From NCBI GenBank assembly GCA_047285535.1, contig JBJBDC010000001.1, positions 800,136-864,135 on the forward strand: a stretch of 64,000 nt of DNA, in the 5' to 3' direction. Below the pieces are notes generated by a model that made no database searches, was not told the origin of the DNA, and saw nothing but the letters and a program-made list of their open reading frames with translations. Below are positions 33,198 through 42,315 of this stretch, piece after piece. Position 1 is the stretch's first letter; every line of letters starts with the position of its first letter. The stretch comes from Synechococcus sp. GTDB lineage: Bacteria > Cyanobacteriota > Cyanobacteriia > PCC-6307 > Cyanobiaceae. The position numbers were made by a program, and so were the translations under genes.

Positions 33198-33256
33198 AGA
33201 ACCGTTGCAGAAGCACTCCAGGGGTGCTTCTGCAACGATTCTTGCCAAGACAAGCA

Positions 33257-33757
33257 TCAAATCATTGGAAAATCAGGTGGGAGCAATGACTGATCCGGCC
33301 ATCCATCTTTTCCATAGATCGCATCCATAATCACGTTGAGAAGTGATCTTTTTTGTTGCAGTTCCTTTTGTGCAGCCCATTGAATTTCGCTTAACTCTTC
33401 ATCCGATACTTGCAGCGCTTCAATCAATTCTCGATAGGCAACGCGTTCTTTTGCATTGATATCAGTGTCATCTCCAAGATTGCGTGAAACACCCGCCACC
33501 AAACAGGCAACTCTGACTGCTGCACACTGGTCATTGTGATTGGTGAGAGACTTGCCAAGCTCAGTCAAACTTTGCTGAGTGCGAGGTCGATTCACCAGAT
33601 CAACTGAAGCTGCCTTCTCTGAAGAAGCCTCCTCTAAGTACAAGCGCTCGGGGAGTTCTTTGAGCATACGCTCCTCTTCTTCGGAAATTGTTCCATCACT
33701 CAGTGCAATGCACCTAGCAATCTCAAGAAGAACTTTTTGAGTGTTGTCGATCACCAC
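33257..33757 (-). CDS. Hypothetical TerB-like protein
   Basis: IALSDGTISEEE and DINAKER motifs resemble TerB. Confidence 0.55.
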   Translation of the reverse strand: MVIDNTQKVLLEIARCIALSDGTISEEEERMLKELPERLYLEEASSEKAASVDLVNRPRTQQSLTELGKSLTNHNDQCAAVRVACLVAGVSRNLGDDTDINAKERVAYRELIEALQVSDEELSEIQWAAQKELQQKRSLLNVIMDAIYGKDGWPDQSLLPPDFPMI

Positions 33758-33780
33758 GAGTCATCAAAGAGTTTGATCAA

Positions 33781-34524
33781 TCATGGCTGAGGTTTCCTGC
33801 AGAGTCCCAGGTCCCCAATGTTTTGAATCAGAGCGCTGATCACAAGAGCCCTGGAAGGATCGTCAGCCCAATCTCCAAGCAAACCTTGACGTAAGCCTGC
33901 ACTAGCAGGCGTCAGGTGATCTCCCTGCATTTGTTGGAACTGACTTTGATCTTCAGCCCTTTTACTTAACGCTGCCATGAGATCCTGACTTTGATCGAGC
34001 TGATCCTTCCCAAAACGAATCACCAGATTGTTGGGCTGGAGGTAGTAACGCTCGATCAAGCGCAATGTTTCCTCAGGTCCAGGACTGAATTCCGTCACGA
34101 CGCCAAGACTTGGCGCCAATGTGCCAAGCAGGGGTATCGACCGTTCAGCCGTGAAGTTATTGAAGCTCAGCGCGGCTAAGGCAAGACTGTTGCGTCCACC
34201 ATCAGGGGCTAAGAGATGCAACTTGCAACCCAAACTGTGACCGACGCGAACTGGAACAAGATCTTTCCCTAAACGCTGTTTTAAAGCTGCGCGGCAACTG
34301 CGTAAGGCCTGCCACCCTTCTAGCGCCTGAAGCTGATGATCAAAACCTGGCACAAAGTTCCAGGCATGAATGGCAAGCTGACGGGCTGCCAACCCTTCCA
34401 GCAAGCGCCGGTAACTGATCTGTGGATTGGTGGCGAGATAACTGCCACCAATGAATTCAATGAGTCCTTGAGCTGAAGCGGGCCAGAGGCACCAGCAACC
34501 CTGCTGTCGCTGCCAACGACTCAT
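33781..34524 (-). CDS. DUF1350 alpha/beta-hydrolase-like protein
   Basis: FIGGSYL, GHSLGCKLHLL, EFSP, DHLTP. Confidence 0.85.
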   Translation of the reverse strand: MSRWQRQQGCWCLWPASAQGLIEFIGGSYLATNPQISYRRLLEGLAARQLAIHAWNFVPGFDHQLQALEGWQALRSCRAALKQRLGKDLVPVRVGHSLGCKLHLLAPDGGRNSLALAALSFNNFTAERSIPLLGTLAPSLGVVTEFSPGPEETLRLIERYYLQPNNLVIRFGKDQLDQSQDLMAALSKRAEDQSQFQQMQGDHLTPASAGLRQGLLGDWADDPSRALVISALIQNIGDLGLCRKPQP

Positions 34525-34979
34525 CCCTCTGACAACTCCTTCACAATGCGTTCGGCCTCACGCACATGCGCCGGGCCATCGAGCATGTTGCTGAAGATGT
34601 GGCGAATGATGCCCTCTGCATCAATGACGTAGGTCACCCGCCCCGGCAAGAATCCAAGCACTTTTGGAACCCCAAAACTGTTGCGAAGTCGTTGTCCCTG
34701 ATCGATCAGGAGGGGAAACGGCAGTTCATAGCGTTGGGCAAATTTGCGATGGCTCACTGCATCGTCACTGCTCACGCCCCACACAACAGCACCAAGAGCC
34801 TCGAAAGAGGAGTAGGTATCGCGGAAAGCACAAGCCTCAGCCGTGCAACCAGGGGTGTCGTCTTTGGGGTAGAAAAACAAAACCAACACTTTGTTTTTCA
34901 GCTCATCACGACGGCGCAGGACGCCATCCTGATCTTCGATAGCAATGGCTGGCGCCCGGTCTCCGATCTTGAGAGCCAT
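34521..34979 (-). CDS. bcp: Peroxiredoxin Q / BCP
   Basis: FYPKDDTPGCTAEACAFRD. Confidence 0.93.
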   Translation of the reverse strand: MALKIGDRAPAIAIEDQDGVLRRRDELKNKVLVLFFYPKDDTPGCTAEACAFRDTYSSFEALGAVVWGVSSDDAVSHRKFAQRYELPFPLLIDQGQRLRNSFGVPKVLGFLPGRVTYVIDAEGIIRHIFSNMLDGPAHVREAERIVKELSEG

Positions 34980-35060
34980 AGAGAAAATCAAGAATTGGCG
35001 GCACCCTAGGAAGCACCTGGGGCAAGACGGGAAAATGAGTTTCAGAACCCGCGAGCTGGA

Positions 35061-35855
35061 GTGATGGAATCAGGCACTGTTCCTGGTCAATTAAATCTCC
35101 TGGGTGAATTCCAGGTTGAAGAGCCGGTGCCTCTTCCGATGCAACAAGACAAAAAGAGCGATGAAGCACCCGTTCAAACCCTTCTGATCATTGATACGGA
35201 AACCACAGGCCTGGAACCTGAAGCACATCAATGCCTCGAGATTGGCGCGATTTTGTTCGATGTCCCAAGCCGGCAGGTGCTCGCTCAGATGTCTTGCTTG
35301 TTACCCGTTGAATCCAATGCGGCTGAGGCCATCAATCGCATCCCAGCCGCAGTCACTCGCCTGCCACAACCCTGGCAACCAGGACTCGACTACTTCCAGG
35401 AACTACTGAATGCTGCTGATCTTCTGGTTGCACACAACACGGCCTTCGACCAGCAATGGTTTGGGAGGGGCCATCTTCCTGCAACAAATCTGCCCTGGCT
35501 TTGCAGCATGGAAGACATACGTTGGCCAAAAGACAAGCAACTCAAGTCACGACCTTCAGTCCGTGACTTGGCACTCGCCTACGAGATTCCGGTTTGGGCG
35601 GCCCATCGAGCTTTAACCGATTGCATCTATCTGGCAGAAGTGTTCCACCGTTGCGATCAACTGGAACAACTCATTGAACGTGGATTGGAACCCCGTTCCT
35701 TAGTGAGAGCTCAGATCTCCTATGACGATCGCCAGTTAGCTCGAGATGCAGGCTTCCGTTGGAATGATCCAGTAAAGGGGGCTTGGACCAGGCGTCTAAG
35801 CGAACGTGAAGTGGACGAGCTGCCATTTCCAGTCGTGCCGCAAGACGAGATTTGA
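35061..35855 (+). CDS. DEDDh 3'-5' exonuclease (DnaQ-like)
   Basis: IDTETTG, AHNTAFD, AHRALTDC. Confidence 0.88.
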   Translation: MMESGTVPGQLNLLGEFQVEEPVPLPMQQDKKSDEAPVQTLLIIDTETTGLEPEAHQCLEIGAILFDVPSRQVLAQMSCLLPVESNAAEAINRIPAAVTRLPQPWQPGLDYFQELLNAADLLVAHNTAFDQQWFGRGHLPATNLPWLCSMEDIRWPKDKQLKSRPSVRDLALAYEIPVWAAHRALTDCIYLAEVFHRCDQLEQLIERGLEPRSLVRAQISYDDRQLARDAGFRWNDPVKGAWTRRLSEREVDELPFPVVPQDEI

Positions 35856-35967
35856 CATCAACCCCCCTGTTTTGTTTCAACAATCCGAAGCCACATGGGG
35901 GATTTTCATCTGAGCAAGCTCACGGAATCAGGCTGCAAGCACGGTTGATCCCTACCTTGACGCCAGC

Positions 35968-36273
35968 GTGCAAAGGCCTCTCAGTCATTGCCAACACAGG
36001 ACCCTGGATCCCCTGCGACGTCGCCTCCGTCGCTGGCAACAAGTGCGTACGTGGGCACGCCTGATCCGTGAGGCTGAATCTCTCTGGCATGTAGAAGTAC
36101 GAGAACTAAGACGTCTTGGGGCGATTGAACTTTCACAGCTCCTTGAGGAAGTGCCACCGATACAGCGTCTAAGGGTCAACCGCTGGCTCACTCGATATGC
36201 CGTTGCCACGCGCTTGAACTGCCATCAACAACGTAAAGATCACTCCTGCCAAACCATGACTGATGATGAATGA
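35968..36273 (+). CDS. Hypothetical protein
   Basis: WQQVRTWARLIREAESLWHV...LGAIELSQLLEEVP; looks like a conserved picocyanobacterial ORF. Confidence 0.65.
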   Translation: MQRPLSHCQHRTLDPLRRRLRRWQQVRTWARLIREAESLWHVEVRELRRLGAIELSQLLEEVPPIQRLRVNRWLTRYAVATRLNCHQQRKDHSCQTMTDDE

Positions 36274-36337
36274 ATCTGAGATCCTTGTTTGGTTTTAAGC
36301 GAGACCTTGGTCTGATCAATATTGTCAATTTGTATGC

Positions 36338-36368
36338 AATAACCAATTCTTAAACTTGCCTTTAAGTC
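36338..36368 (+). promoter_or_regulatory. Pho box upstream of pstS
   Basis: AATAACCA-att-CTTAAACT-tgc-CTTTAAGT; 11-bp period of YTTAAYYW-like units. Confidence 0.6.
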
Positions 36369-36396
36369 CAGGCAATGCCAACGAATTAGAAAGCGC

Positions 36397-37419
36397 ATGC
36401 AGCCATATCGCAGCATGCGTTCTCCATCCTTGATCCGCTCCAGCATCTCTCTCTTGAGTCTTGGTGCGGCGTTAGGTCTTGCCTCATGCACGTCCAGCGG
36501 AGACAACACCAGCACCATCGAAGGTACTCTTTCTGCTGCAGGTGCATCCTTTCCAGCGGCAATTTATCAACGCTGGTTCCAGGATTTAGCTCCTTCAGGA
36601 GTCAAGGTGAATTATCAATCAGTGGGATCCGGTGCTGGTGTGCGTCAGTTCACAGCCGGCACCGTTGACTTCGGAGCATCAGACAAACCAATGAAACCCG
36701 ACGCCATCGCCAAGGTAAGTCGAGGAGTGGTTCAGATCCCAATGACAGCAGGAGCCATCGCTGTTGCTTACAACAATCCTGGTTGTGAGCTGAAGCTCAC
36801 TCAAGATCAACTCGCGGGGATCTTCCTGGGCAAGATCAATAATTTCAGCGATCTTGGCTGTGATGCCAAAGCTATCAAGGTCGTGCATCGCTCCGACGGC
36901 TCAGGCACCACCTATAACTTCACCAAACATCTGTCCGCCATCAGCCCAGAGTGGGACAAGAACATTGGTGCTGACAAATCCGTGCAATGGCCAACTGGCG
37001 TTGGAGCCAAGGGCAATGAAGGCGTGTCAGCGCAACTCCAACAGATCAGCGGTGGTATTGGTTATGTGGAGCTGGCGTACGTGAGGGGAGATCTGCAGGC
37101 AGCTGCCGTTCAAAACGCTTCAGGAGCTCAAGTGGTTCCTACCAACGCGACTGCAAGCGAAGCACTAGGTTCAATCGATCTCGGACCCGACTTGATCGGC
37201 GGCAATCCAAACCCTGATGGTGGATATCCAATCGTCACCTTCACCTGGGTACTGGCCTACGCCAATGACAATGGCGAAAAGACGCCATTGCTGAAGAAAA
37301 CCTTCGACTTCATGCTCTCTAAAAGAGCTCAGTCGCTAGCCCCCGCACTGGGCTATGTTTCCCTTCCTCCAGAAGTAGTCAGCAAAGCAAAAGAAGCGGT
37401 CAACACACTTAAGGAGTAA
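36397..37419 (+). CDS. pstS: Phosphate ABC transporter substrate-binding lipoprotein
   Basis: Lipobox LASC, GASFPA, YQSVGSGAG, DFGASD, RSDGSGTT. Confidence 0.96.
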   Translation: MQPYRSMRSPSLIRSSISLLSLGAALGLASCTSSGDNTSTIEGTLSAAGASFPAAIYQRWFQDLAPSGVKVNYQSVGSGAGVRQFTAGTVDFGASDKPMKPDAIAKVSRGVVQIPMTAGAIAVAYNNPGCELKLTQDQLAGIFLGKINNFSDLGCDAKAIKVVHRSDGSGTTYNFTKHLSAISPEWDKNIGADKSVQWPTGVGAKGNEGVSAQLQQISGGIGYVELAYVRGDLQAAAVQNASGAQVVPTNATASEALGSIDLGPDLIGGNPNPDGGYPIVTFTWVLAYANDNGEKTPLLKKTFDFMLSKRAQSLAPALGYVSLPPEVVSKAKEAVNTLKE

Positions 37420-37451
37420 TCCTTAGCAGAGCTACATACAAGAATAAAGTC

Positions 37452-37482
37452 AAGGGGGAGCAATATGTTATCCCCCCTTTTT
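37452..37482 (+). terminator. Intrinsic terminator of pstS
   Basis: AAGGGGGA...TCCCCCCTTTTT. Confidence 0.75.
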
Positions 37483-37695
37483 AATGATCAGAAACCTAAT
37501 GCATGTTGCCCGGGATCTGATCCAGATCAATTCCGGGAAAATCAGGACAGCGCCACTTCAACATCGCATAAAAGCAAAAAAGAATAACAAACAAACATTA
37601 TCCAGGTAAAGACACGAATGGCCAATATAGCCAGTCAAAATAAAGAAGGAATACAGTCATAGAACCCATCAGAACTGTCTAATCAACTCGAGCAA

Positions 37696-38952
37696 TTACA
37701 CAGAACGAATAGGGTTAACGCTATACCTAGGCGGTAACGGTAATTTACAACTGCTCAAAAATGCTAGACCAACAAGAAGACAAGACATCCATAAACAAGC
37801 CTGCATTCCACCTAGCAGGAAAATAGCTCCAGACAACAATGTCCCCGTTAAACGTCCCGCTGCATTCGCCATGTAATAAAAACCAACGTTGAGGCTGACG
37901 CTCTCAGAATCGGTGTACGAAAGCACCATGTAGGAGTGAATGGAGGAGTTCATCGCAAACACAATTCCAAAAGCAGCCAAACCAGCAGTGATTGCAATCG
38001 AAACATCCACCTCGCGCCAAAGCGCTACAGCGATGAGAGCCGGTATCGCTGTTAATAAGGCACTCCAAAACTTTAGAGATGAAACACCAGGTGGAGTGTT
38101 TTTCCCCCAAAGACGACGTAAAGCAGGAGCTGAGCCCTGAACGATGCCGTAACCAATCACCCAAAGGCCCAGAAAACCGCCAATCTCCCAGAAGTTCCAC
38201 CCCAAAGACGCCTCTAGAAAGACAGGCAAAGCCACCACAAACCAAACATCTCTGGCCCCAAACAAGAAAAAACGAGTCAAAGACAGGACATTGATCCCCT
38301 GAGATTTAGATAACAGTGCAGAAAACGACGGTTTGACCTTCATCTTGCCGAAATCAGCTGGCAAAACCAAGGTTGGCAGGAATGCAAATGCCAAACCCGC
38401 AGCCATCCAGCCAACTGCTGCATTGAAGCCCAAGGAGGTGAGAAGCACACCACCCAGAAAAAAACCTACGCCCTTGAGAGCATTTTTGGAACCAGTCAGA
38501 ATTGCAACCCATTTAAACAGTTGTGATTCACCCGCCTGCACATCATCTGCATTCACGGGAACAACGACCTTAATTGCACTTTTAGCACTCATTTTGTTGA
38601 GGTCTTTTGCAATACCACTTACTGCCTGAGCAACCATTACGTAACTCACACTCAATAACTTAGGCCAGCTAGCAGCAACAGGTATCAACATCAACAATGC
38701 AACGACCTGAAGCAAAGTACCAATCCATAACGTAAGACGTAACCCATAGCGAGCACCAATCAAACCACCATAGAGATTGGTAAGGATGCCAAAAAATTCA
38801 TAGAAGAGAAAAAGAAACGCAATCTCAAGAGTGGAGTAACCAAGTTCATGGAAGTGAAACAACACCAACATGCGCAAGGCACCATCAGTAAGCGTGAACG
38901 CCCAATAATTCGCAGTCACAATGCTGTATTGCTGCAGCGAAGAAAACCTCAT
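37696..38952 (-). CDS. arsJ: Organoarsenical efflux MFS transporter
   Basis: VTANYWAFTLTDGALRMLVL, AKDLNKMSAKS, GFYYMANAAGRL; ATGA overlap with gap3. Confidence 0.92.
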   Translation of the reverse strand: MRFSSLQQYSIVTANYWAFTLTDGALRMLVLFHFHELGYSTLEIAFLFLFYEFFGILTNLYGGLIGARYGLRLTLWIGTLLQVVALLMLIPVAASWPKLLSVSYVMVAQAVSGIAKDLNKMSAKSAIKVVVPVNADDVQAGESQLFKWVAILTGSKNALKGVGFFLGGVLLTSLGFNAAVGWMAAGLAFAFLPTLVLPADFGKMKVKPSFSALLSKSQGINVLSLTRFFLFGARDVWFVVALPVFLEASLGWNFWEIGGFLGLWVIGYGIVQGSAPALRRLWGKNTPPGVSSLKFWSALLTAIPALIAVALWREVDVSIAITAGLAAFGIVFAMNSSIHSYMVLSYTDSESVSLNVGFYYMANAAGRLTGTLLSGAIFLLGGMQACLWMSCLLVGLAFLSSCKLPLPPRYSVNPIRSV

Positions 38953-39971
38953 TCCTCGAGACAGGCCACATGGCATGCCAAATCCGCCATTCGTGAGCTG
39001 TATCCCCACTCATTGTCATACCAGGCATAGACCTTAATTTGAGTGCTGTTGATGACCATGGTCGACAACGCATCAACAATGGTACTGCGACTGTCATTGA
39101 CATAATCAACAGACACCAATGGACGGGTTTCATAGCCAAGAATGCCCTGAAGTTCTCCATTGGCAGCGGATTCAAAGGCTCCATTAACGTCCTCTATGCT
39201 CACTTCTGTCTCCAGTTCGAACACTGCATCAGTAAGGGATGCATTCAAAAGTGGAATTCTCACCGCATGACCATTCAATTTACCCTCTAATTCAGGAAAG
39301 ATAAGACCGATAGCTTTTGCTGATCCAGTCGTGGTTGGAATCACACTTTGAAGACAGGATCTAGCACGTCGTAAGTCATTATGAAAGCCATCCACAACAA
39401 CCTGTGTATTCGTGACATCATGCAGTGTAGTAATCGAACCGTGCTTAATCCCGAAGCTGTTATGAACGACCTGAACAACGGGTGCAAGACAGTTAGTCGT
39501 GCAAGAGGCAGCAGTGATAATCCGATGTTGTTTAGGGTTATACCTTAAATGATTAATGCCATAAACAATATTGAGGACTTCAATACCGCTAACAGATCCC
39601 TTTACCGGACAAGCCACAATGATTCGCTTCAGATCAAGTAAATCAAGACATCGTTTAAGAGATTCGGGCGTTTTAAAGCGACCACTGCATTCGAGCATGA
39701 TCTCCACAGCCGATTCCTTCCAGGGAACAAAAGTGGGATCACTCTCAAATGTATACCGTACCTGCTGATCACCCACAAGAAAGCCTCTCTCATTAGCCTG
39801 CACCGACTGATGCCAACGGCCATGGACAGAATCAAATAGAAGAAGATGAGCTGCTATGGAAGCATCGCCGGCGCAGTCGTTTACATGAACAATTTCAATA
39901 TCAGAGCGGCCCCAAAGGGCACGAAAGACGAGCCGACCTATTCGACCAAAACCATTAATGCCGATTCGCAT
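38949..39971 (-). CDS. gap3: ArsJ-associated glyceraldehyde-3-phosphate dehydrogenase
   Basis: GINGFGRIGR, ASCTTNC, WYDNEWGY; coupled to arsJ. Confidence 0.92.
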   Translation of the reverse strand: MRIGINGFGRIGRLVFRALWGRSDIEIVHVNDCAGDASIAAHLLLFDSVHGRWHQSVQANERGFLVGDQQVRYTFESDPTFVPWKESAVEIMLECSGRFKTPESLKRCLDLLDLKRIIVACPVKGSVSGIEVLNIVYGINHLRYNPKQHRIITAASCTTNCLAPVVQVVHNSFGIKHGSITTLHDVTNTQVVVDGFHNDLRRARSCLQSVIPTTTGSAKAIGLIFPELEGKLNGHAVRIPLLNASLTDAVFELETEVSIEDVNGAFESAANGELQGILGYETRPLVSVDYVNDSRSTIVDALSTMVINSTQIKVYAWYDNEWGYSSRMADLACHVACLEE

Positions 39972-40022
39972 CGAGACTGTAACCAAGACCGAAAGTAGTT
40001 ATACTCATACCATTGCCTTAAA

Positions 40023-40041
40023 GCGTTCAGGACTGGTTAAG
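40023..40041 (-). promoter_or_regulatory. Pho box upstream of gap3-arsJ
   Basis: Minus strand CTTAACCA-gtc-CTGAACGC. Confidence 0.5.
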
Positions 40042-40214
40042 GTTTTGCGTAATGGCTACAAAGGCTCAACCTGCTACACAAAATATAGATAATCGAGTGA
40101 TGGCTCCCCTGAATCAGTTCATACAGACAAAAACCATTTGTCATCCTGAAAAATTATAAATTAATGCCAATATTTAGTTGTATATTACGTCATGAACAGC
40201 AGGCCAATAGAAAC

Positions 40215-40244
40215 CTTAACCAAACCATTACCAAGTCTTTGCTT
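40215..40244 (+). promoter_or_regulatory. Pho box upstream of ptrA
   Basis: CTTAACCA-aac-CATTACCA-agt-CTTTGCTT, 11-bp period. Confidence 0.62.
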
Positions 40245-40295
40245 CAAACTTAGGAATCGCGCATAACGTCAATTGTCAGCACGAGCATCTGCAAA

Positions 40296-40916
40296 ATGGT
40301 CTTCACACCTAGCAGCTCAAGCGGTTTCCTCGGAGACATAGAAGACAATTATCAACGTCGTAATCTCGTTCATTTCACAACTGGGGCCAGAGTTCCCTTA
40401 ATTCATGACCATATCTGGATTGTCACCCGGGGGATAGTCAAGCTGACTTGCCTCAACGAGCAAGGAGAAGAGGTCTTGATTGCTGTCACTGGAGCCAACG
40501 AAACATTCGGAGAACCACTAACACATCTAGATCTATACGAGGCCACGACGCTTAGCGACTGTGATTTGCTTTGCATATCGATGCAGGAGGTGAAATCCAC
40601 TCCCCATCTGAGCAAAGATCTGATGCAAGCCATGATGATTCGAACCCGACAGGCTGAGGCACTTATTGCTCTTTTGGGGCTACGTAGAATCGAAAACCGT
40701 GTGCGATGCTTTCTAGAATTACTAGCACAAGATTATGGTCAGCCATGTAACGAGGGATTGCAGCTAAACATGCGCCTAACCCATCAGGAGATCGCCAGCG
40801 CTGTGAGCACAACACGGGTCACCGTGACTAAAGCGTTGGGGCGACTTAAAGATGAAGGTTGGCTTCAAATTGATCAACAACAAAAGATAATAGTGAGCCA
40901 CTTACCAAAACGCTGA
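40296..40916 (+). CDS. ptrA: Crp-family phosphate-stress regulator
   Basis: LGLRRIENRVR.FLELLAQDYG, LTHQEIASAVSTTRVTVT; near pstS, with a Pho box. Confidence 0.88.
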   Translation: MVFTPSSSSGFLGDIEDNYQRRNLVHFTTGARVPLIHDHIWIVTRGIVKLTCLNEQGEEVLIAVTGANETFGEPLTHLDLYEATTLSDCDLLCISMQEVKSTPHLSKDLMQAMMIRTRQAEALIALLGLRRIENRVRCFLELLAQDYGQPCNEGLQLNMRLTHQEIASAVSTTRVTVTKALGRLKDEGWLQIDQQQKIIVSHLPKR

Positions 40917-41255
40917 TTCCTAAATAAACACTTCGAACAACAATACAACTGAACCATAAAACCTTAAATCATCAAAGAAAAAATAGAATTCCAAAAGAAA
41001 CTTCAACAGCAAAGTAATCATGACAAGATGGAAAAGCTCACTTTATATCGAATGATTAATACGCCTGAAGGAAGACAGAATCAATTTCAGAAGTCCATCC
41101 AAGCAATATAGTTAATTCAAGTAATACCAACTAATGGATAAATTCCGAGAATAAGTTAAAAGAGAAATAAAATCAAAAAGCAATTATAAAGGCGGCCAAA
41201 AAGAGGCCAGAAAATTGGATAAACCAAAGGGAGTGGATAAAAAACATGTATACAA

Positions 41256-41972
41256 TCAACAGAAGCGATAACCAAATCCACGCACAGTGAATAACTTTGT
41301 AGGACTGGAAGGATTAGTTTCGATCTTTTCACGCAACCAGCGGATATGAACATCGACTGTTTTTTTATCACCAATATAGTTAACTCCCCAAACCTGATCG
41401 AGGAGCTCGTCCCTGCTCCAAACTCGTTTAGGATTCTGAATAAAAAGCTCAAGTAGCTTAAACTCTTTAGGTGAAAGATTAAGATCGTGGCCATTTCGAC
41501 AAGCTCTACACTCGTCAGGAACGAGCTCCAAATCACAACATTCAAATTTGCTAAAAGTAGCCATTTCAAAAGGATACCGACGAAGAAGCGCTCTACAGCG
41601 AGCCACAAATTCACGCATTCCAAACGGGTGGATCAAAATATCATCGGCGCCAAACTCCAGTCCTAATACAGTATCAGATTCAGAATCATTATCACTAAGT
41701 AGAAAAATAAGAGCTTGGTTATTTTGCATTCTTAGCTTACGACAAAGATCAATACCACTGATGTCTGGTAGTTTCCAATCGAATATTAAGAGCTCAAATT
41801 CATCATTTTGAATTAAATTCAAAGCGTGTAGACCATTCTTAGCAGTCGTGACAACGAAGCCCTCATTATTGAGTATTGCACTTAGAGATTTAGTCAACGA
41901 ATGGTCAACAGTCACAACCAGAATGCGGGCCGGACTATAAACATCAAAAAAATCATTTGCCTTCGAAACCAT
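41256..41972 (-). CDS. phoB: PhoB-like OmpR-family response regulator with a degenerate receiver
   Basis: LSPKEFKLL...NPKRVWSRDELL...KTVDVHIRWLREKIE...TVRGFGYRF, as in picocyanobacterial PhoB. Confidence 0.8.
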   Translation of the reverse strand: MVSKANDFFDVYSPARILVVTVDHSLTKSLSAILNNEGFVVTTAKNGLHALNLIQNDEFELLIFDWKLPDISGIDLCRKLRMQNNQALIFLLSDNDSESDTVLGLEFGADDILIHPFGMREFVARCRALLRRYPFEMATFSKFECCDLELVPDECRACRNGHDLNLSPKEFKLLELFIQNPKRVWSRDELLDQVWGVNYIGDKKTVDVHIRWLREKIETNPSSPTKLFTVRGFGYRFC

Positions 41973-42243
41973 TCTTAAAAAAAAGAAATTCGGCAATGCC
42001 TATAGGCTAACGCTAAGAGGCCTGCAATGGTGGCGATAATCTCAAATCAAACGAAAAAAGAAATGCATCACGATTTGAACCCCATCAGAAAGCAGAAGAC
42101 AATATAAAAACACGAATGGCCGAAGCAATATTTGCTGAGCCTGTATCACAAAACGACGAACAAAACATGAAAGATGGAAATAGTTGAGCGAAACTTGAGA
42201 AAAAGCGTCTGGTAATTTGAGGAAAATATGCGCTGTGTCAAAT

Positions 42244-42272
42244 AAAAAAGCCCCTCGTTCTATACGAGGAGC
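42244..42272 (-). terminator. Intrinsic terminator of the second porin gene
   Basis: Minus strand GCTCCTCGT-ATAGA-ACGAGGGGC-TTTTTT. Confidence 0.85.
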
Positions 42273-42315
42273 CCATATTCGAATGGAAAGAATCGATTAT
42301 GAAGAAAGCTAAGAT

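Noticed and set aside
37507..37537. Inverted repeat CCCGG-GATCTG-ATC-CAGATC...CCGGG as a mobile-element end
   Set aside because: Single copy between convergent genes; more simply an RNA hairpin
40917..41255. phoR remnant
   Set aside because: Only a faint LLGW-like resemblance; no kinase motifs visible
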